Part shown: piece after piece, positions 13,150-27,800 of the stretch
Position numbering within the stretch: position 1 is the stretch's first letter
Layout of the letters: each line of letters begins with the position of its first letter
Assembly (NCBI GenBank): GCA_030141605.1
Contig: JAQGDQ010000102.1
Coordinates: 511,266-575,265, forward strand
DNA length: 64,000 nt
DNA from: Tubiluchus corallicola
Taxonomy: Eukaryota; Animalia; Priapulida
Direction of reading: 5' to 3'
Made by a program: the position numbers and the translations under genes
Notes under the pieces: generated by a model
Database searches by the model: none
Told to the model about the DNA's origin: nothing
The model's input: the letters and a program-made list of their open reading frames with translations, nothing else

Positions 13150-16100
13150 CATAATAATAATAATAATTTACTGAATATTTAAAATGCATTAATATTAAAA
13201 ATGGACAAATGCATTTTACATATGTAAGATATTAACACATAAGCAGTACATATACAATAGGCTAATATAGATAAAACTAAAATCATAGTACATGTATATA
13301 AAAATCACTAGAAACTAGCTATAATTAAATCCATAAGTCAAAATTAAATCTTTAAAATAATTAAAAAGGCTTCTTTATAAAAACAAGTTTAAAGGAATGA
13401 TTTGAACTTTTAAACATTATTGACTTTACGTGCATCAATTCATAAATCATTCCATGATTTTGGTGCCGCTACGCTATATCTATGAGAACCACATGTGACT
13501 GAATTATAACTAGATACCAACAAAAACAAATGCATATCTTAGAGCATTTTAACGAACAAGAAAGTTCTTTACTTACATAAAGCTAAAAAAAATATGTCTT
13601 GAAATTTTGTATCTCTGACATGCCATCTTATTGCATACAGAGCTTGCATTAGCAGTAACACTTTATAAAACTTGTAAATTTAAACTCACGTGATGACCGC
13701 TAGGTGCAGCCATTTTGATGGTCAGTCTGTGAGTAAGAAATTTACGCAAACAAAAATAAAATAACAAAAAGTTTTAATAAATGTTCATCAGAGCATTTGC
13801 AGCACACTTTTCACTAACTAAGCAAAGGTATAATTTGGTTTATTTTGCCAAAAAGATTAATATTAAACTTCTTATGTACTTTGTACTTTGGGACGTATTT
13901 TGAATAATTCTCATTTTCTTCCTCTTTAATGCAGGTTAATATACAGAATACTACGCATAACTCGAAACCCCGGTGTAACTTTAATTATCGTGTAACTTCC
14001 CGAGTTCCCGATTCGCAAGAATGTGACTGAAATTACCTTGTCTATCTCAAACAGCCTCGGAAGCGAGAAGTCCTATTCGACTGTGTGCACCACATTACAA
14101 TTTTAACTGCTACTTTCGGCAAAAATTCTAAGACTTCTTCAGTGGCCTGCCCCCCCCCCCCATTATTTACAAAATGTCAAAAATTTTAAGGGTTTCAGCA
14201 GCTTGTAATGAGACCAATAAGGTGTAAAATTTTGAGGAACGGTGAAATCTTCCACTGTAGGCATGATATGCGATTATATATACACAATTACACATAGGGA
14301 TGATTATTGATTGAATCTATTGTCTAATTGTTGCATTGATTATCCTCTGCTCTCGTGGCTATGCCGCTAGGTAATTGGCCATTGGCCCCTTGCACTGGGC
14401 CAATGATATTGCTTCCCCCTTTCCTATATAAACACTTGCAGTGTTGGCTGGATTAGAAAGCCGATTCTCTCTGAATAAATTGTGGTGCGTCTCCTTACAC
14501 TTAGAAAAAATTTAGTCATTATCAACAGTCAAGTAATTTTTAATTTTAATTAAATTTCTGTAGCTATAGCTTTAAGTTAAATGCCAGTTGGGAATAAATA
14601 AATCCTTTTTTTTGCACGCAAAATACTGGTGTGGGAATTCAAAATTATATGTTTTTAAACAGTTAAGTTCCGCCATTATATACAGTCGGGCCCCCCTAAT
14701 TTTTTTTGATGTACGACGCCCCTGGACTTGTTGTGTTACGTTTAGCATATTGCTGCACACAACATAGCATAACGAACGTGGTTTAATGTGGATCACAATA
14801 TTATTATTGCACAATTCTATTAACCATGGACTACAATAGAGGTAGACCAGTCATTTTATTTTTTAGCATTCATAAAAATTCTTTGATATTTCATTAAATG
14901 CGCAGTTTCTCATTTGGCTGTACTGTTACTAGTGTATTGTCCAACGTTGATGAGTGACTCAATCTTAATTTTCTCATAAGCATTGTCTAACTCATACTGT
15001 CGAATAACTCGTACAATTTCTCTGGTCCCGAGATGTTTGAGTTATACGCAGTCTACTGTATCACAAAGAGTTGGGAAAAACCATTCGCCGGCAGTTAACC
15101 GACTTCCAGGAAGTTCGTTAACAGTCGCATAAATTAAGATAAATTTCAACTCATTTTGGGTTAACTGCACATCACCAAAATCTGGCAGTTAATTACAGGT
15201 ATTCATTCGCTGGTTACCTGGCAAATGCAGGTAAGGAGAAGTAATTACAAAGCATCTTGTTCCCAGGCTGGTAGCTCCGGTACTTCGCAAAACTGGCTTT
15301 TCTCAAAGCAGATATAATGGCGGCGTCAGACTCCTGCAACTTTGGCGAGGAATTCTGAAAAAAAACATTATTCACTCACCATTATATAGTAACATAACTT
15401 TATTCACTCTCCACTACAAAATGATATTCTGTAGCCATCATGGCAAACCAACATTATTCACTCATTATTACATAGTGAAATAACATTATTCACTCACTAA
15501 TGCATAGCAAAATAACACTATTCACACACTAACATATAGCAAAATAACATTATTCACACACTAGTGCACAACAAAATAACATTATTCACCCACAATTACA
15601 TAATATAGAATAATGTTATTGCCTAACCACAACAGTATAATATAACATTATTCACTCACTAAATGCCTTTATCACTTGTCTACAAATTGTAACATTCACT
15701 CACCATCACATGGTCGAAGGCATCCTGATTATCTTGCAATAACAAGTTCATGATATCGGACGCTAACGAAATCATGTCCATGTTGCTAGGCACCGGAAGA
15801 CATTGTTCGTTGCTTGGCAACGGTCTGCAGGGTAAAAAGCTATTGGCTAGTTGCCGACAGAGCGGACAGAGGTACTCTCCCTTTTCAGGTTTGAAAGGCT
15901 TGTGGCTATCTTGATGTACTGAATCCTAGCAATTAAAACCGAAAAATTTGAAGAATGAAAGACTAATATTCCCTATATCTAACTGCGCCGAACGTTTGAA
16001 CAAATTTCCGTTAAGAAAATTTCGATGGTGTGTTCAGACTAGCTCGTAGCACTGCAATACATTGTCAATTTATAATCGTATAAGGTGTATTTTGTAGTAT

Positions 16101-19100
16101 TGTGCTAATTGGATGAACAAATAAAACTATCTATCTGTACTCGAGCTTACAACAAACTGCCATATAATAATACTGCCGTTTATTAGGACCACTTATTGCT
16201 GGCCCGAGATGGTTTCATTAAAGTCAAACTAAACTCTCACTATAATATAAGCTTTTACAACTTGAAATCCTACTCTCATTATGAATATTCAATTTATTTC
16301 ATGATAAATTTACTGTAAAACTTGTTTCTTTTGATTTTTTATCACTTTGTTGTTAGCGGTATTAAATTTCAAGAACCGCCATTTTTTTGTGCGAGACAAA
16401 GAACACTATGAGTACAGTCACGAGATCACCAAAGATCAGTAAACAAACATTGGTAACCACAGACACTTTCAGTACCTCGTTCATCATTCTCATTCACTCG
16501 CGCCAAAGATGTGAAACATGGCGATCTTTACGGCAATGCACATGTTCGAAATTCGACAAAAAAGGCAAGTTATTTACTTAGTCATAGTCTCTTTTGTTTA
16601 ATAATAACTGCGGTTACATAGGATTTAAATGATGACTGCTGTAGATGCAATATACGTACCCTCAAAGATTCTGTATAGGAATGAAGGCAGTCTAAATGCA
16701 GATAGTGTCCGCAAGTTTGCACGAGTACGCCACCTTCATAGTTCATGTTCAGTGATAGCGAACAGGATTTCTGAAAAAAGTTACTGAATTAAATTCAAAA
16801 TCAATGGCATCACAATGACGGAGAAGCGTGAGAGACGTACAAAATAAGTTGAATAAATAACAATTTCTATTCTTGTAGGTTTTTTTGACACCACTTCACT
16901 TATATGTGACTTTTACTCACAACTTCTATAGAAAATAATGTACAAACACTGAGATACGTTTCAAGGACAAAAACCAATAATGTTTAGTACATATAAAATG
17001 TTTTAAGGCTATTTTGCATAACATTTCTTACTATTCAAATTATTCCCACTCAAAAACCCTTGTCAGTCTTACCTATAGCCAGTTCTTTAAACCGTCAACT
17101 CGGCAAAAAGGCAACTAGAATTCAGGTGTTTCATGACTAATAATGACCGGTAACTTTTAACAGCATATTCAGACTAGTAAGTCTTCTGTCACGTGTTTTC
17201 TCTCTGACAGCAAACTTGCAAGGGCGAACTCTTGAGCGAGTTACTGTCGGCAAGAAATTGTGGCAGTTGATTTACTGTCTAGTGGGAATGCCTTGGTGAG
17301 TTATTCTCGACACTTCTCGCAGTGAATAGAGAAGTGAGTGTTAGATCGTGGTTACACTCAGAGAGTAACCGACAGCAAGTTTTAACAAGCTTGCCGAGTT
17401 TACAGGGCGACAAAACACTCCATAAGCCCTCAGCAGTCAGATAGTGAACAGTCATTAAGTGAGGACTTACAGTATTCCACTCGTTTTTCAAGAACAAAAA
17501 AACATTTGTCATTCTGCTGCACTAGAAAGAAAATTACGGTTCACGGGATGTTAATGATAACGGTACGTATCGATAAATGTCGATTATCATATCGATAATT
17601 ATGGATTATCGCATCCATAGGAAAAATTAGTTTTTATCGTTATTGCATCAATATTGTTCTATCAATATCGTTAGAGTATCGAATTTGATGTGTATCGCTG
17701 CATATCGCCGACCATGATGATTTCATGTTACTTTTCCATTTATGCGCTAGAATTACGAAAAAAAAATTGAAAAACGAGTTATTTATAAGGTCGTCTGAAT
17801 AATCATCTTGTACTTTCTTCCTGTGACACTGGCTGTCTTCAAATGGTTTATTGTTGCACAAATGCCAAGTGTGGTAATTTTAGAGAGATTTTTGAAGTTA
17901 CGTTCAGGGAGTGCAGCTCACATATTCATAGTACTTTGCGACTAAAAAAAGCGACTAAAATTTTTATCGTTTGAAATAATTCATCGTATCATTTTGCAAC
18001 TATCATTTTTATCGTTTAAAATAATTTATCGTATCATTTTGCAACTATCATTTTTATCGTTTAAAATAATTTATCGTATCATTTTGCGATTATCATTTTT
18101 ATCTTTTAAAATAATTCATCGTTTCATTTTGCGACCATCATTTTTATCGTTTAAAATAATTCATTGTTTCATTTTGCTACCTCATTTTTAGCATTCAAAA
18201 TAATTCATTGTATCGTTTTGCGATTATCATTTTTATCGTTTAAAATAATTTATCGTATCATTGGCGTTATCATATCGCCAAATGTGTATCGTTTAAAATC
18301 CTTATTTCAAGCCTCAGGAATAAGAACAATACTGACATTATACTACCTCGTGAAAGAACTTCTGAAGCTGCGTCCATCTGACCGCAGCTGCCGTACCGCA
18401 ATCACCATGGTAAAAACAGTCCGTCTTCTCATCAACTGGCAAGCTTCTGGCTTGATCGGCATTTGCTATGTGTGACCTTCGACCTAAAACTGGAATAACC
18501 ATCATTTATCTATTAAATGCAAGGCAGTAATAATGGCAGTGTGTTTTTGGGTACTGCATTGTTATTGGCTAGTAAAACGTCTATAAGGAACTTTATTAAA
18601 ACAAACACGAACTACCAGAAACTGCCATTAAAACAAGAACATAAAACATAGTTAAGGGGAATGCATATCTTCATTCAATTCAATTCAATTTATTTATCTC
18701 TTTATAGTGTTACAATACAACATGACTAATAAAATAATCTCTAATAAATTTTGAAAAATGGTTAAAATGTATAGATAGATCTAGAACTAGAGAAAGGATA
18801 GCGAAAAGACTATGAAGTCACCTAGTCTGCTATCCTTTACCGAATATAGATAAAAACATTTTTTAGGCACTGGTGGGCATTAATGTTATCAGTTTAATTT
18901 ATGAAACATTAGTAATTTTTAAAATTATGACGATTTCTATATAATCCAGAGAAAAGAATATACATGTAGTTTAATTAGCGGGCAACAAAATAAGGTTAAT
19001 CTTGATTAAACTAAAAATTGCATTTAGATTTTATGTGAAATACAGGTCAAAATTATTATGAAATGATAAAAACACTTTGGGTTAATAATGATATTAATCA

Positions 19101-20594
19101 TTACAACAGCGATTAGCATATCAGGGTTTTGCCTGCGCTTTGGGGGGTGAGGAACGGTGTCGCTTTTCGGAAGAAGTTTGCAGTAAAAATGGTGGAAACA
19201 ATAAGCACTCGCTGCAATTTTTTACAATGCTGACACAATCTTTTTCCCGCATCTATTTTTTTGACTTGTTGTTTTAAAACATCTCTATCTTTGGAAATGT
19301 CCAAGGAAATGACCTGATGCTTTTGCCATTTGTACATAAGCGTTTGTAGCGTCAGTGTGGAAATTTTCAACCAATTCATAGTCAACCAGCCTTTTCATCT
19401 AATAATATCGCAATCAGAGCTCATCATATTTTTTGCGCCACCTGGTATAAGCTACAGCAAGTCCAGACCAACCTTACGCTTTACTGGTTTATTTCAGAGA
19501 ACTAAATTTTTTTAAAACCGAACTTGAATTCTGAGCTTCACCTTCACTCAAATTCACAAAATGTTGGAAAAATAAGAAGTAAGAAAATTGCAAAAATTAC
19601 TTTGATATACTACCAAATACATCAAAAATACCACACCAATTCAATGTCCACATTCACCATAAAAAGCACGGATCGTACTTTAGACCAATGGGAAATGAGG
19701 AGACATTTTATTTAAATGCTAACGTTTTTGTTAATGTGTAATATAAGCTCATCAACAACTGCTTACCACTGGTAGGAGATAACATCGTAACCATGCCAAC
19801 CGGTCTGTCTTCCGTCGACGCCGTAGTCTGACCACAAATCACGCAATCGTACTTGTCTGTCATAACCTCCACTTCTTCCTCTGCTGCTCCCATGTCTGGC
19901 TGCATCATGGATTCCCCCTCTGCCTCCTCAGTCTCCATCGTCTGCTCCAAAAACTTTTTTTGTCTGCCGGCGAATTCTTCCATCAGCCGCTTCTGTCGCT
20001 CTCTTGCCTTGCGTTTTCTACAGCAAATAAACAATTGGCGATTTAATAAAAAATAAAAAATAATGACAACCGATAAAGGTTTGTGTCACTGGGTTTCTCT
20101 TTATCACTAAACATTTTACAGCTTCTCCGACATTTTCTGCACTACTAGCAATACTTAAAGGAAGAGGCGAGCCTCACTAGATTATCGAGGTGGCGCCACC
20201 GTATCATAACTCAATTTTATTTCTTGTCTCTGTTTTAAATGTTAAATAAGAAGTTTTATTAAGTTTTATTAACTGTTAATATAATACTAGTAGCCAGCTA
20301 ACTTAATGCTAACATAATTTTGTCTTTATCAATATTTTTTAGGCTTTAGACAGTGTGTATGTGAAGTTTTTTTGTAAAACGAGCATTTTTAATGTAAAAT
20401 GGCAATTTTAAATAAAAGACTGTTGTTGTTGTTCTTTTTCTTTTTCTTACTGTTGTTGTTGCTGCTATTGCTGTTGCTGCTGTTGCTCTTGTTGTTGTTT
20501 TTGCTGCTACTGCTGTAGCTGCTATTGTTGTTTCTGCTGTTGTTGTTTCTGCTGCTACTGCTGTTGCTGTTTTTGCTGCTACTGCTGTTGCTGC

Positions 20595-20625
<31 letters not shown>

Positions 20626-21695
20626 GCAGCGGTTGCTGTTGTCGTTGTTGTCTTTGCTGCCATTGCTGTTGTTCTTTTTCTTTTTCTTACTGTTGTTGTT
20701 GTTTTATTGTTGTTGTTGCTGTTGCTGTTGTTAACAAACGTGCAGATAACAAAAGTATAAAAAACACTCACCATATTTAGACCTGTTACACAACATAAAC
20801 ATGCATACCGGCGACTGTAAGCTATACTTCTTTAATGTGCCTTTTCAACGGCTGTACTCAGTGGTAGAGCTCAGTGTTTTGTTCAAATCATGAGTTAAAT
20901 TTTCATGTGTGCAATAATACTGACAAATGACAATAATTCTGCCTAATGCGATACCATTTTCAACCTCGTTAAATGATAAAATTTATAAATCTTAATCCAA
21001 GGTTACTAAAGTGCTGAACTGCACAAGTAAAACATCGCTTACACGAGTTGCACTTAAACGAATAGTGATACCCCATACCTTTCCTCCTTTGCCATTTGAG
21101 CCTGATTAGTGACTGAGACTTTTGGTCTTTGGGCCTCACAGATTTCTTCAATTCTCTGAGCACTAGCAGCACTTAACACTGAAACTGAAAGCAAACAGGT
21201 TTGTCATTTAACTGTTTCTGGACACATCTGACATTTGTAATTAGATATCGTTCAATGATTAGGAAATAAATCAATAATTCTACAGCACAAATCGTGACAA
21301 CGGAATCTCGTGTTTTGTTGGCTAGTTCAGATGTTTAACACCAGGTGGCACACATCTAGAGTGATTAATGAAACCAACTTAATCCAAGCTCAGAAAGGGC
21401 ACTTACTCTTTACGAGGTGTAAGTTAAAACGATCTAGCATTAAAAGAACAGGTAAAATTATGGTTTGAATTAGCCACTGCAATAGTGGTGTACTGGAATC
21501 GAGAAAGTACATAGAAAAATGAGCCAGGTGGCGTAAGGAACCACTGCAAGCATCTATGGCTGAGACAATGCCTTTAAAACTGACATGTTTTCTACATTTG
21601 AAATGTTTCGGGAACCTGTAGCAACTAAAATGAATTTTTTAGCATGAACAATTTCCCGTGCTTCAAGATGTTTAATCACTTTCGTATCAAAATTT

Positions 21696-21728
<33 letters not shown>

Positions 21729-21752
21729 GTAGTAGTAGTAGTAGTAGTAGTA

Positions 21753-21821
<69 letters not shown>

Positions 21822-21856
21822 GTAGTAGTAGTAGTAGTAATAATAATAATAATAAC

Positions 21857-21890
<34 letters not shown>

Positions 21891-24800
21891 GCTTCCTTTA
21901 GGACATAGTTTAGGGATAATACATTAAGTAGCTCAATACTTATTTCCAAAGTGATTTCAACTATTATTACATGCACGTTACTTCTATAAACCCGGCGTGC
22001 TTGGTCGAAGAACCAGCGGTACAATTTTTCAAGTCTTTGATATGACACGGTTGGGAGTTTAACCTGCGACCTTCCGGGTGGGAAGCGAGCAGGCTACCAT
22101 TGAGTTATACATCGCAGGAGGCTAGGTATTTTATCAACTGTATCGAAACTTCAAGAGATTATTTTGATGTAAATTAAATATTTTTAGTACGAAGGCCCTT
22201 CAGGAAACAATAACAAACCTTAAGATATGAGCCCACTCAACCTACGAACAACAACTATAACAAACAGAAATATAAGAACGCTAATGTTTACTTTTCTTGG
22301 TAATAGATGGCGACATCGACTAGAATACAGAGGAAATAAAATACAGTAGGCGCTGCTTAATAGACTCATTTTGGGATGGAAACCTTCTGACTCCATTAAC
22401 CGGCTGAATCTATTAGTGGTGGTTGTAGTATTACCAGTACAGAAGTATTTGTCTCATCACTCTTCAGCTTAGTATGCACTGCAATGGCTGCAAGAGCTTT
22501 AAATTCTTATTTTTCAAAATCAACTGTGTGCTCTTAGTTGCACTGTGAAATTTACTGCCAGATTACTGCCACAGCAACAGTTAACCGAATTAAGTGTTCT
22601 GTAAGAAGCAGCAAGAGCTTCAAATAGAAACTGCTCGCCATATGATTAAAAGTTTAGCTTCCATAAATGCTTGGGCAACAAGGCGAACTATGGTACACGA
22701 GCGGGAGACAGATTCAAAGCAAAACTTTCGCGCTAGTATATTAGCACATGATAAGCGTACCTACTTATGAACAAAACAGTACTTAATATGATTGTTTCTG
22801 TGCATAGTATAGTGCACAAAAGCAAACTAAGATGACATAAAAGTCATAAAAGCTTATTAGTCACAGGAAAGCATCTTATTGAAGCATGTGAAGCAAAAAT
22901 ATTGAGTCAATTATGCGAAGTTATTTGAGTCTATTATCGACAGTTTTTATGTACATTAGAATAGAAGCCGCCCATACCAGGCATTTTTGAGTCAATTAAG
23001 TGATTGAGTCTGTTAACCGTGAGACTATTAAGCAGTATATATTTCTACATACATTATAGTGCACAAATGCAAAATAAAAATGACATAAAAGTAGTAAAAG
23101 CTCTTTGATCACACACAAGTGTCTAATTTTAAGTTCCCGAAGCAAAAATATTGAGTCAATTATGCTGAGTTATTTGTTTCAATTGTCAATGGTTGAATAG
23201 GAACATTTTTGAATTAATTTGGCGACTGTTTCTATTAATCGAAAGTCAAACATAAACTGCGCCTACTGTAATTATGTAAGGATACCATAGGTAGCGCCAT
23301 CTATTGCAGGATTTGCAAAGAAAAAAATGCATATTAGAAAACTTTCCTTCGTAGTGCCAAAACCTACCTTTATCTAACAGCTGTCCAATGAAAAATGCCC
23401 CATCACCGATTTGCCCGGTCACTTCGTCCAACTTCTGACCGTTTGTCCGCTGCCTCTGGCTGCGAGGTACGTAAGAACATTTCTTCTCGGACAGCTTGGC
23501 ATGGAGTTTGATTAACAGTGACAAGATACTTTCGTTGATCTCAATGACTTCCTAGAAACAATAAACTGCCATGTTTGAACAAGAGAACATCAGGCTGCAC
23601 GTTAGTAAAGTGCTGATAATACCAACTATTAGCAATTAAAGTGACTTGTAATCAGTAAAAATTACGAAAATGGCAAAAAGAAAACAGCATTCAGCTTTTC
23701 AGTTATATTCATTCTGATTTTCACAGAACTACTTCTCTTTGGAATTCACTATAAACATCATGAGATATATTTCAACTAAAATTTTGTACATTTACTAGCA
23801 TCAAACAAATCCGTCAAAAATGTTTCTAAACTGTTTAGTTAAAAACAAGAAATGCCTGGTTGAGATTAATAAGCTAAAGGGATTAACTCATTATTTTAGC
23901 ATTTTTACAATGCCCTACCACACTTGCAAGTATGTTTTATCTAATTGCTTTGTTTCAGAACAGTAAACTTCCACAATCAAACAAAAGATCAAAGCCAGCA
24001 ATGACAATAAAAGCAATCTCAAGATCTATCCAATCATAGTCTTACAAGACCACAAATTATGATGTGAAAGAGTATAAAACCTCGGAGGAAGTAGCCCCGT
24101 CCTGCACGTCAACAGCAATAGTCGAAGAGATGCCCCCTTTTCGTTTTTTGGGTGAATCCGTTTTGCTGGTTTCTTTGCTGCTAGTGGCATCTCCCTTAGA
24201 CTCATCAGTTTCCATTCCTAGAGCAATTAACAGTGTATAAAATTAATCAACGCTCCTAACGTTCTTAAAGAAAAATGCAAAGCAAGCATCAGTTTATTTT
24301 GATACACAATTAAAAATACTGAAGTCACTACACAATTACACCAAAATTGAATTTATTGCCAAGCGGTTTCGAATAAACTGTTCATTGTCCAGGCATCTAA
24401 AAAAAAGAAGTTTACTAGAATTTAGAAACAACATCGAAACACAATTCAGTAGTTAGATAGCCAAAAGATATATGATAAACCATTATACAGATAACTTAGC
24501 AATTTACCATGTAGATTACATATCTTGATTGGTATGAAACTATGCTATACTCCACAAACAAGCAGCTGAACTACTGAACTGCATTACGATGTTGTTTCTA
24601 AATTCTGGTAAATTTCTTTGTTTTAGATGCCTTGACAATGAACAGTGTGTTCGAAACCGGTCGGCAATAAATTCAATTTTGGTGTAGTTACATCTATTTG
24701 CAAAATATGGTCAAATCAATTCTACTACACAATTTACACAAAATAAAAATCATACTAAAATACAAAGAGATATTTTCATCAATATACAAAATGAAAATCA

Positions 24801-27800
24801 TACTAAAATACAAAAGAAATTTATCATCATCATACAAAAAAAATCGTACTTAAAATACAAAAGAAATTTATCATCATTTTTGGCTCAAGCCAAATGAATT
24901 CAGCTCTGTTTGTGTTTGAACGTTGCCGCTTTTCGTAGTAGTGCCGGTGGTACTAACACAAATTTCCGCAGCTTAGTAACGTTCACTCAGAAATATCGTA
25001 AATTTAGCTAGCTTCTAAACATTTGCCACTGTGGTTGAGGTTCAGGGATTTGTATCAACAACAAAGAAAAATGTTATAGAAATTCTTCTATTAAAAAACT
25101 GAACTGGAGTACAATCATACTGACCTTTGACCCCGTGGGCAGCCAGAAAATGTTTCGCTCTTCGTTCTATCTTCTCCAGCTCAGCGAACATGCGACCGTG
25201 CTCATTTTCGCTAGATGGTATCGCGATCGAGCTGATGCTGTGTCGGATGTTGGTCAGGATGCAGTTGCTAGGAAACCAGGCATCGTACTGCATGTCAGGC
25301 GCACGGTACGCAACCGTGGTCTGAAGGAAAGTTTACGCATAAAATTGATTTTTTCGAGTAGACAATAAATTGCAACATCAGAAAAGTTTAATTTTATTTA
25401 AGATTGTTGAGATATAAAATAAAGTAGTAATGAATGAATATATGTATGAATGTATGTATGAGTGTATGTATGAATATATATATGAATGAATGAGTATAAT
25501 AAATGAATGCAGAAACTATGCCATCATATATTTCGGCATAATTATCAGACCAGTCAGCTCTCACATTAGGTATGAGTCACACTCACACACAACTTCACAC
25601 GTAAGTTTGCAAATCACCTGGCTTCCTTTGCCCTGAGCACCAACAGTGACACAATTAGTAGTACTACTCTCATCTATGCGATCAAGCATCTCACGGCGCA
25701 AGTACAATGCAAAATCGTATCAAAATTGAAAATGAAGCACTTTCGAGGGCTATTGAATTTCTTCACGTATACAAAAGAACATATTTACATATGTGTAAAG
25801 CCTAGTGAACTGCAATAACAGCATAAGAAAGGTCAATAGTACCCAAAAGTTGGCTTAATTTTATTTACTTTTGTCACATTTGTTTAATATTTTGAATTCG
25901 ACACCCAAAAATGCAAAAAAAATTTCTGGGGCATTTATCTGCCCCCGAACCCCCGCCTGAAGTCTGCAGCTCTATTAATTATTAATGGTAACTATGAAGA
26001 AGACCTTAGTTACAGAGCAAATTATTTATACTCATGCATTCCCGTGATCCCAACACCTTGTTTCTTCTTTCATGAACCGCTTCATCAATCATTCTGTTCT
26101 TCTAGTTTGCATTAATATCGAACACATCATAACCAACCTGTCCCATCCTTTCGCACACCCGCTATTCAACAACACGTTACAGAACCCTTCTTAATTTCAT
26201 TCTTACCTAAACAGTGACTAACAATTTTTGAAATTGTTTGCCTATGCAACTTATAATTGATATATCTATTCTCTGAAAGGCTTTAATATAGCTTTTATCC
26301 TGTTAGCCAATCAGCATTTGATTAATTATCTTTGTTCTTATTCAAATACATAAATAATGTTTCTTTTCTCAAAAAAATAATGTCAAGATAACTCATAATT
26401 TTTGAAATTGATTAATACAGCTTACGAAAGGTAAATCAAGACGACAGCGCACGTTTAGAGCAGAAAATATTTTCTGATGTCTCTGTCAAGACAAAGTCAA
26501 TAAGAAATTATAGAATTGAAACTTGTGACAACAAAGTTATCATAATCAAGGTGTGGCGATTACCTGGTCTTGTAAGCAAGCGGCGGATGTATCTACGGCA
26601 AATTCGAGAAGGTATATCGTGAGGTACATGATCTGTTCCGGCAAGTTGGGCTCCTTCACAGCCTGAAAAACGAAATATAAGATTGCAAAAAAGCCAAACT
26701 TGAACAGGTCCTACTCTAGCTTGCAACGATGATACATTGTTCTGTGCACGTAATGAAGAATGATACAAATTATTGGCTTCGTAAACTGGAATACCAATTA
26801 ACTTTGAATTACAATAGTCAAGCCTAAAGCATGAAGAAGTTGCTCAGTCATCCCCAAATACAGTAGCGGCTCGTAGCTGAAATTAGTGGGGGTGCTGCTT
26901 CAGAAATTTTTTAGCCATTGTTTTAATACTGTGTAAAACGAAATAAAGATAAATAAATAGTTTAAAGTTTAAACGAATAGTTTATACAAAAACATATGTA
27001 ATTTTAATGTTTTAACTGTAATTTTAAACAAACAAACATACGAAAATTTATACATAAACTTAATAAAATCCTAAACAAAAAATATTTTTTGCTTACTAAT
27101 TTCGTAAACTGTCATGTTTCAAGCTTGATCTATTTACAGTAAGCACGGGACAACTGACAACAAACTGTGTGAGCGACAGTACTTTCTCTACCTGGGCTCA
27201 GACATGTGCACACAACAGCCAAACACCATGTTACTGGAGCGCACTGTGCTGGGCTGTGAAGCAAACAGTACTACCCTCACATGCTCTGGTTCCATAGAAG
27301 AATAAAGAAAGAACTAAAGAAAAGAGATTTCTTATATTGAATATTATAGAAAATATTGAGTGAAAATAGGGGGTGCTGCAGTTCCGCAGTACCTAGACAC
27401 GCACCGCTACTGCCCATATATCTGGAGAGCGACAGCACTTACCCTGTACAACAAGCTGAAAATAATCCCGTGCATGGTCTTACAATGAAGTAAATTAAGC
27501 AAACGACTGTAGGCGCTCAGAGGAGGGTTAGGTCGACGAAATGGCGGCCAGGCTGACTGGCCGGAGTCGATTTTCCCACTGTGAACTAAACTGAAAAAAA
27601 GAAAGAATTATGAATTATGTCGATAAAAGTAATTTTCCAAATCTATTGAAGCTTTTTTTTGAATTTACATATAGACACGAAAAAATTTTTTAGAAGAAAG
27701 TGTGTGCACCAATTTGCGTGTCAGGAAATGCAATTACGTCAACTGTAGATGATAGAAGTTAGTTCCCACATAGAACGCTGCCAATACTAGGCCGACAATA

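Noticed and set aside
12623-13189. Poly-Y, poly-N and poly-I ORFs
   Set aside because: Translations of the (AAT)n microsatellite; only 12887-12681 is a real UBR3 exon.
20346-22048. Poly-T/A, poly-L, poly-I and poly-N ORFs
   Set aside because: Trinucleotide microsatellite artefacts.
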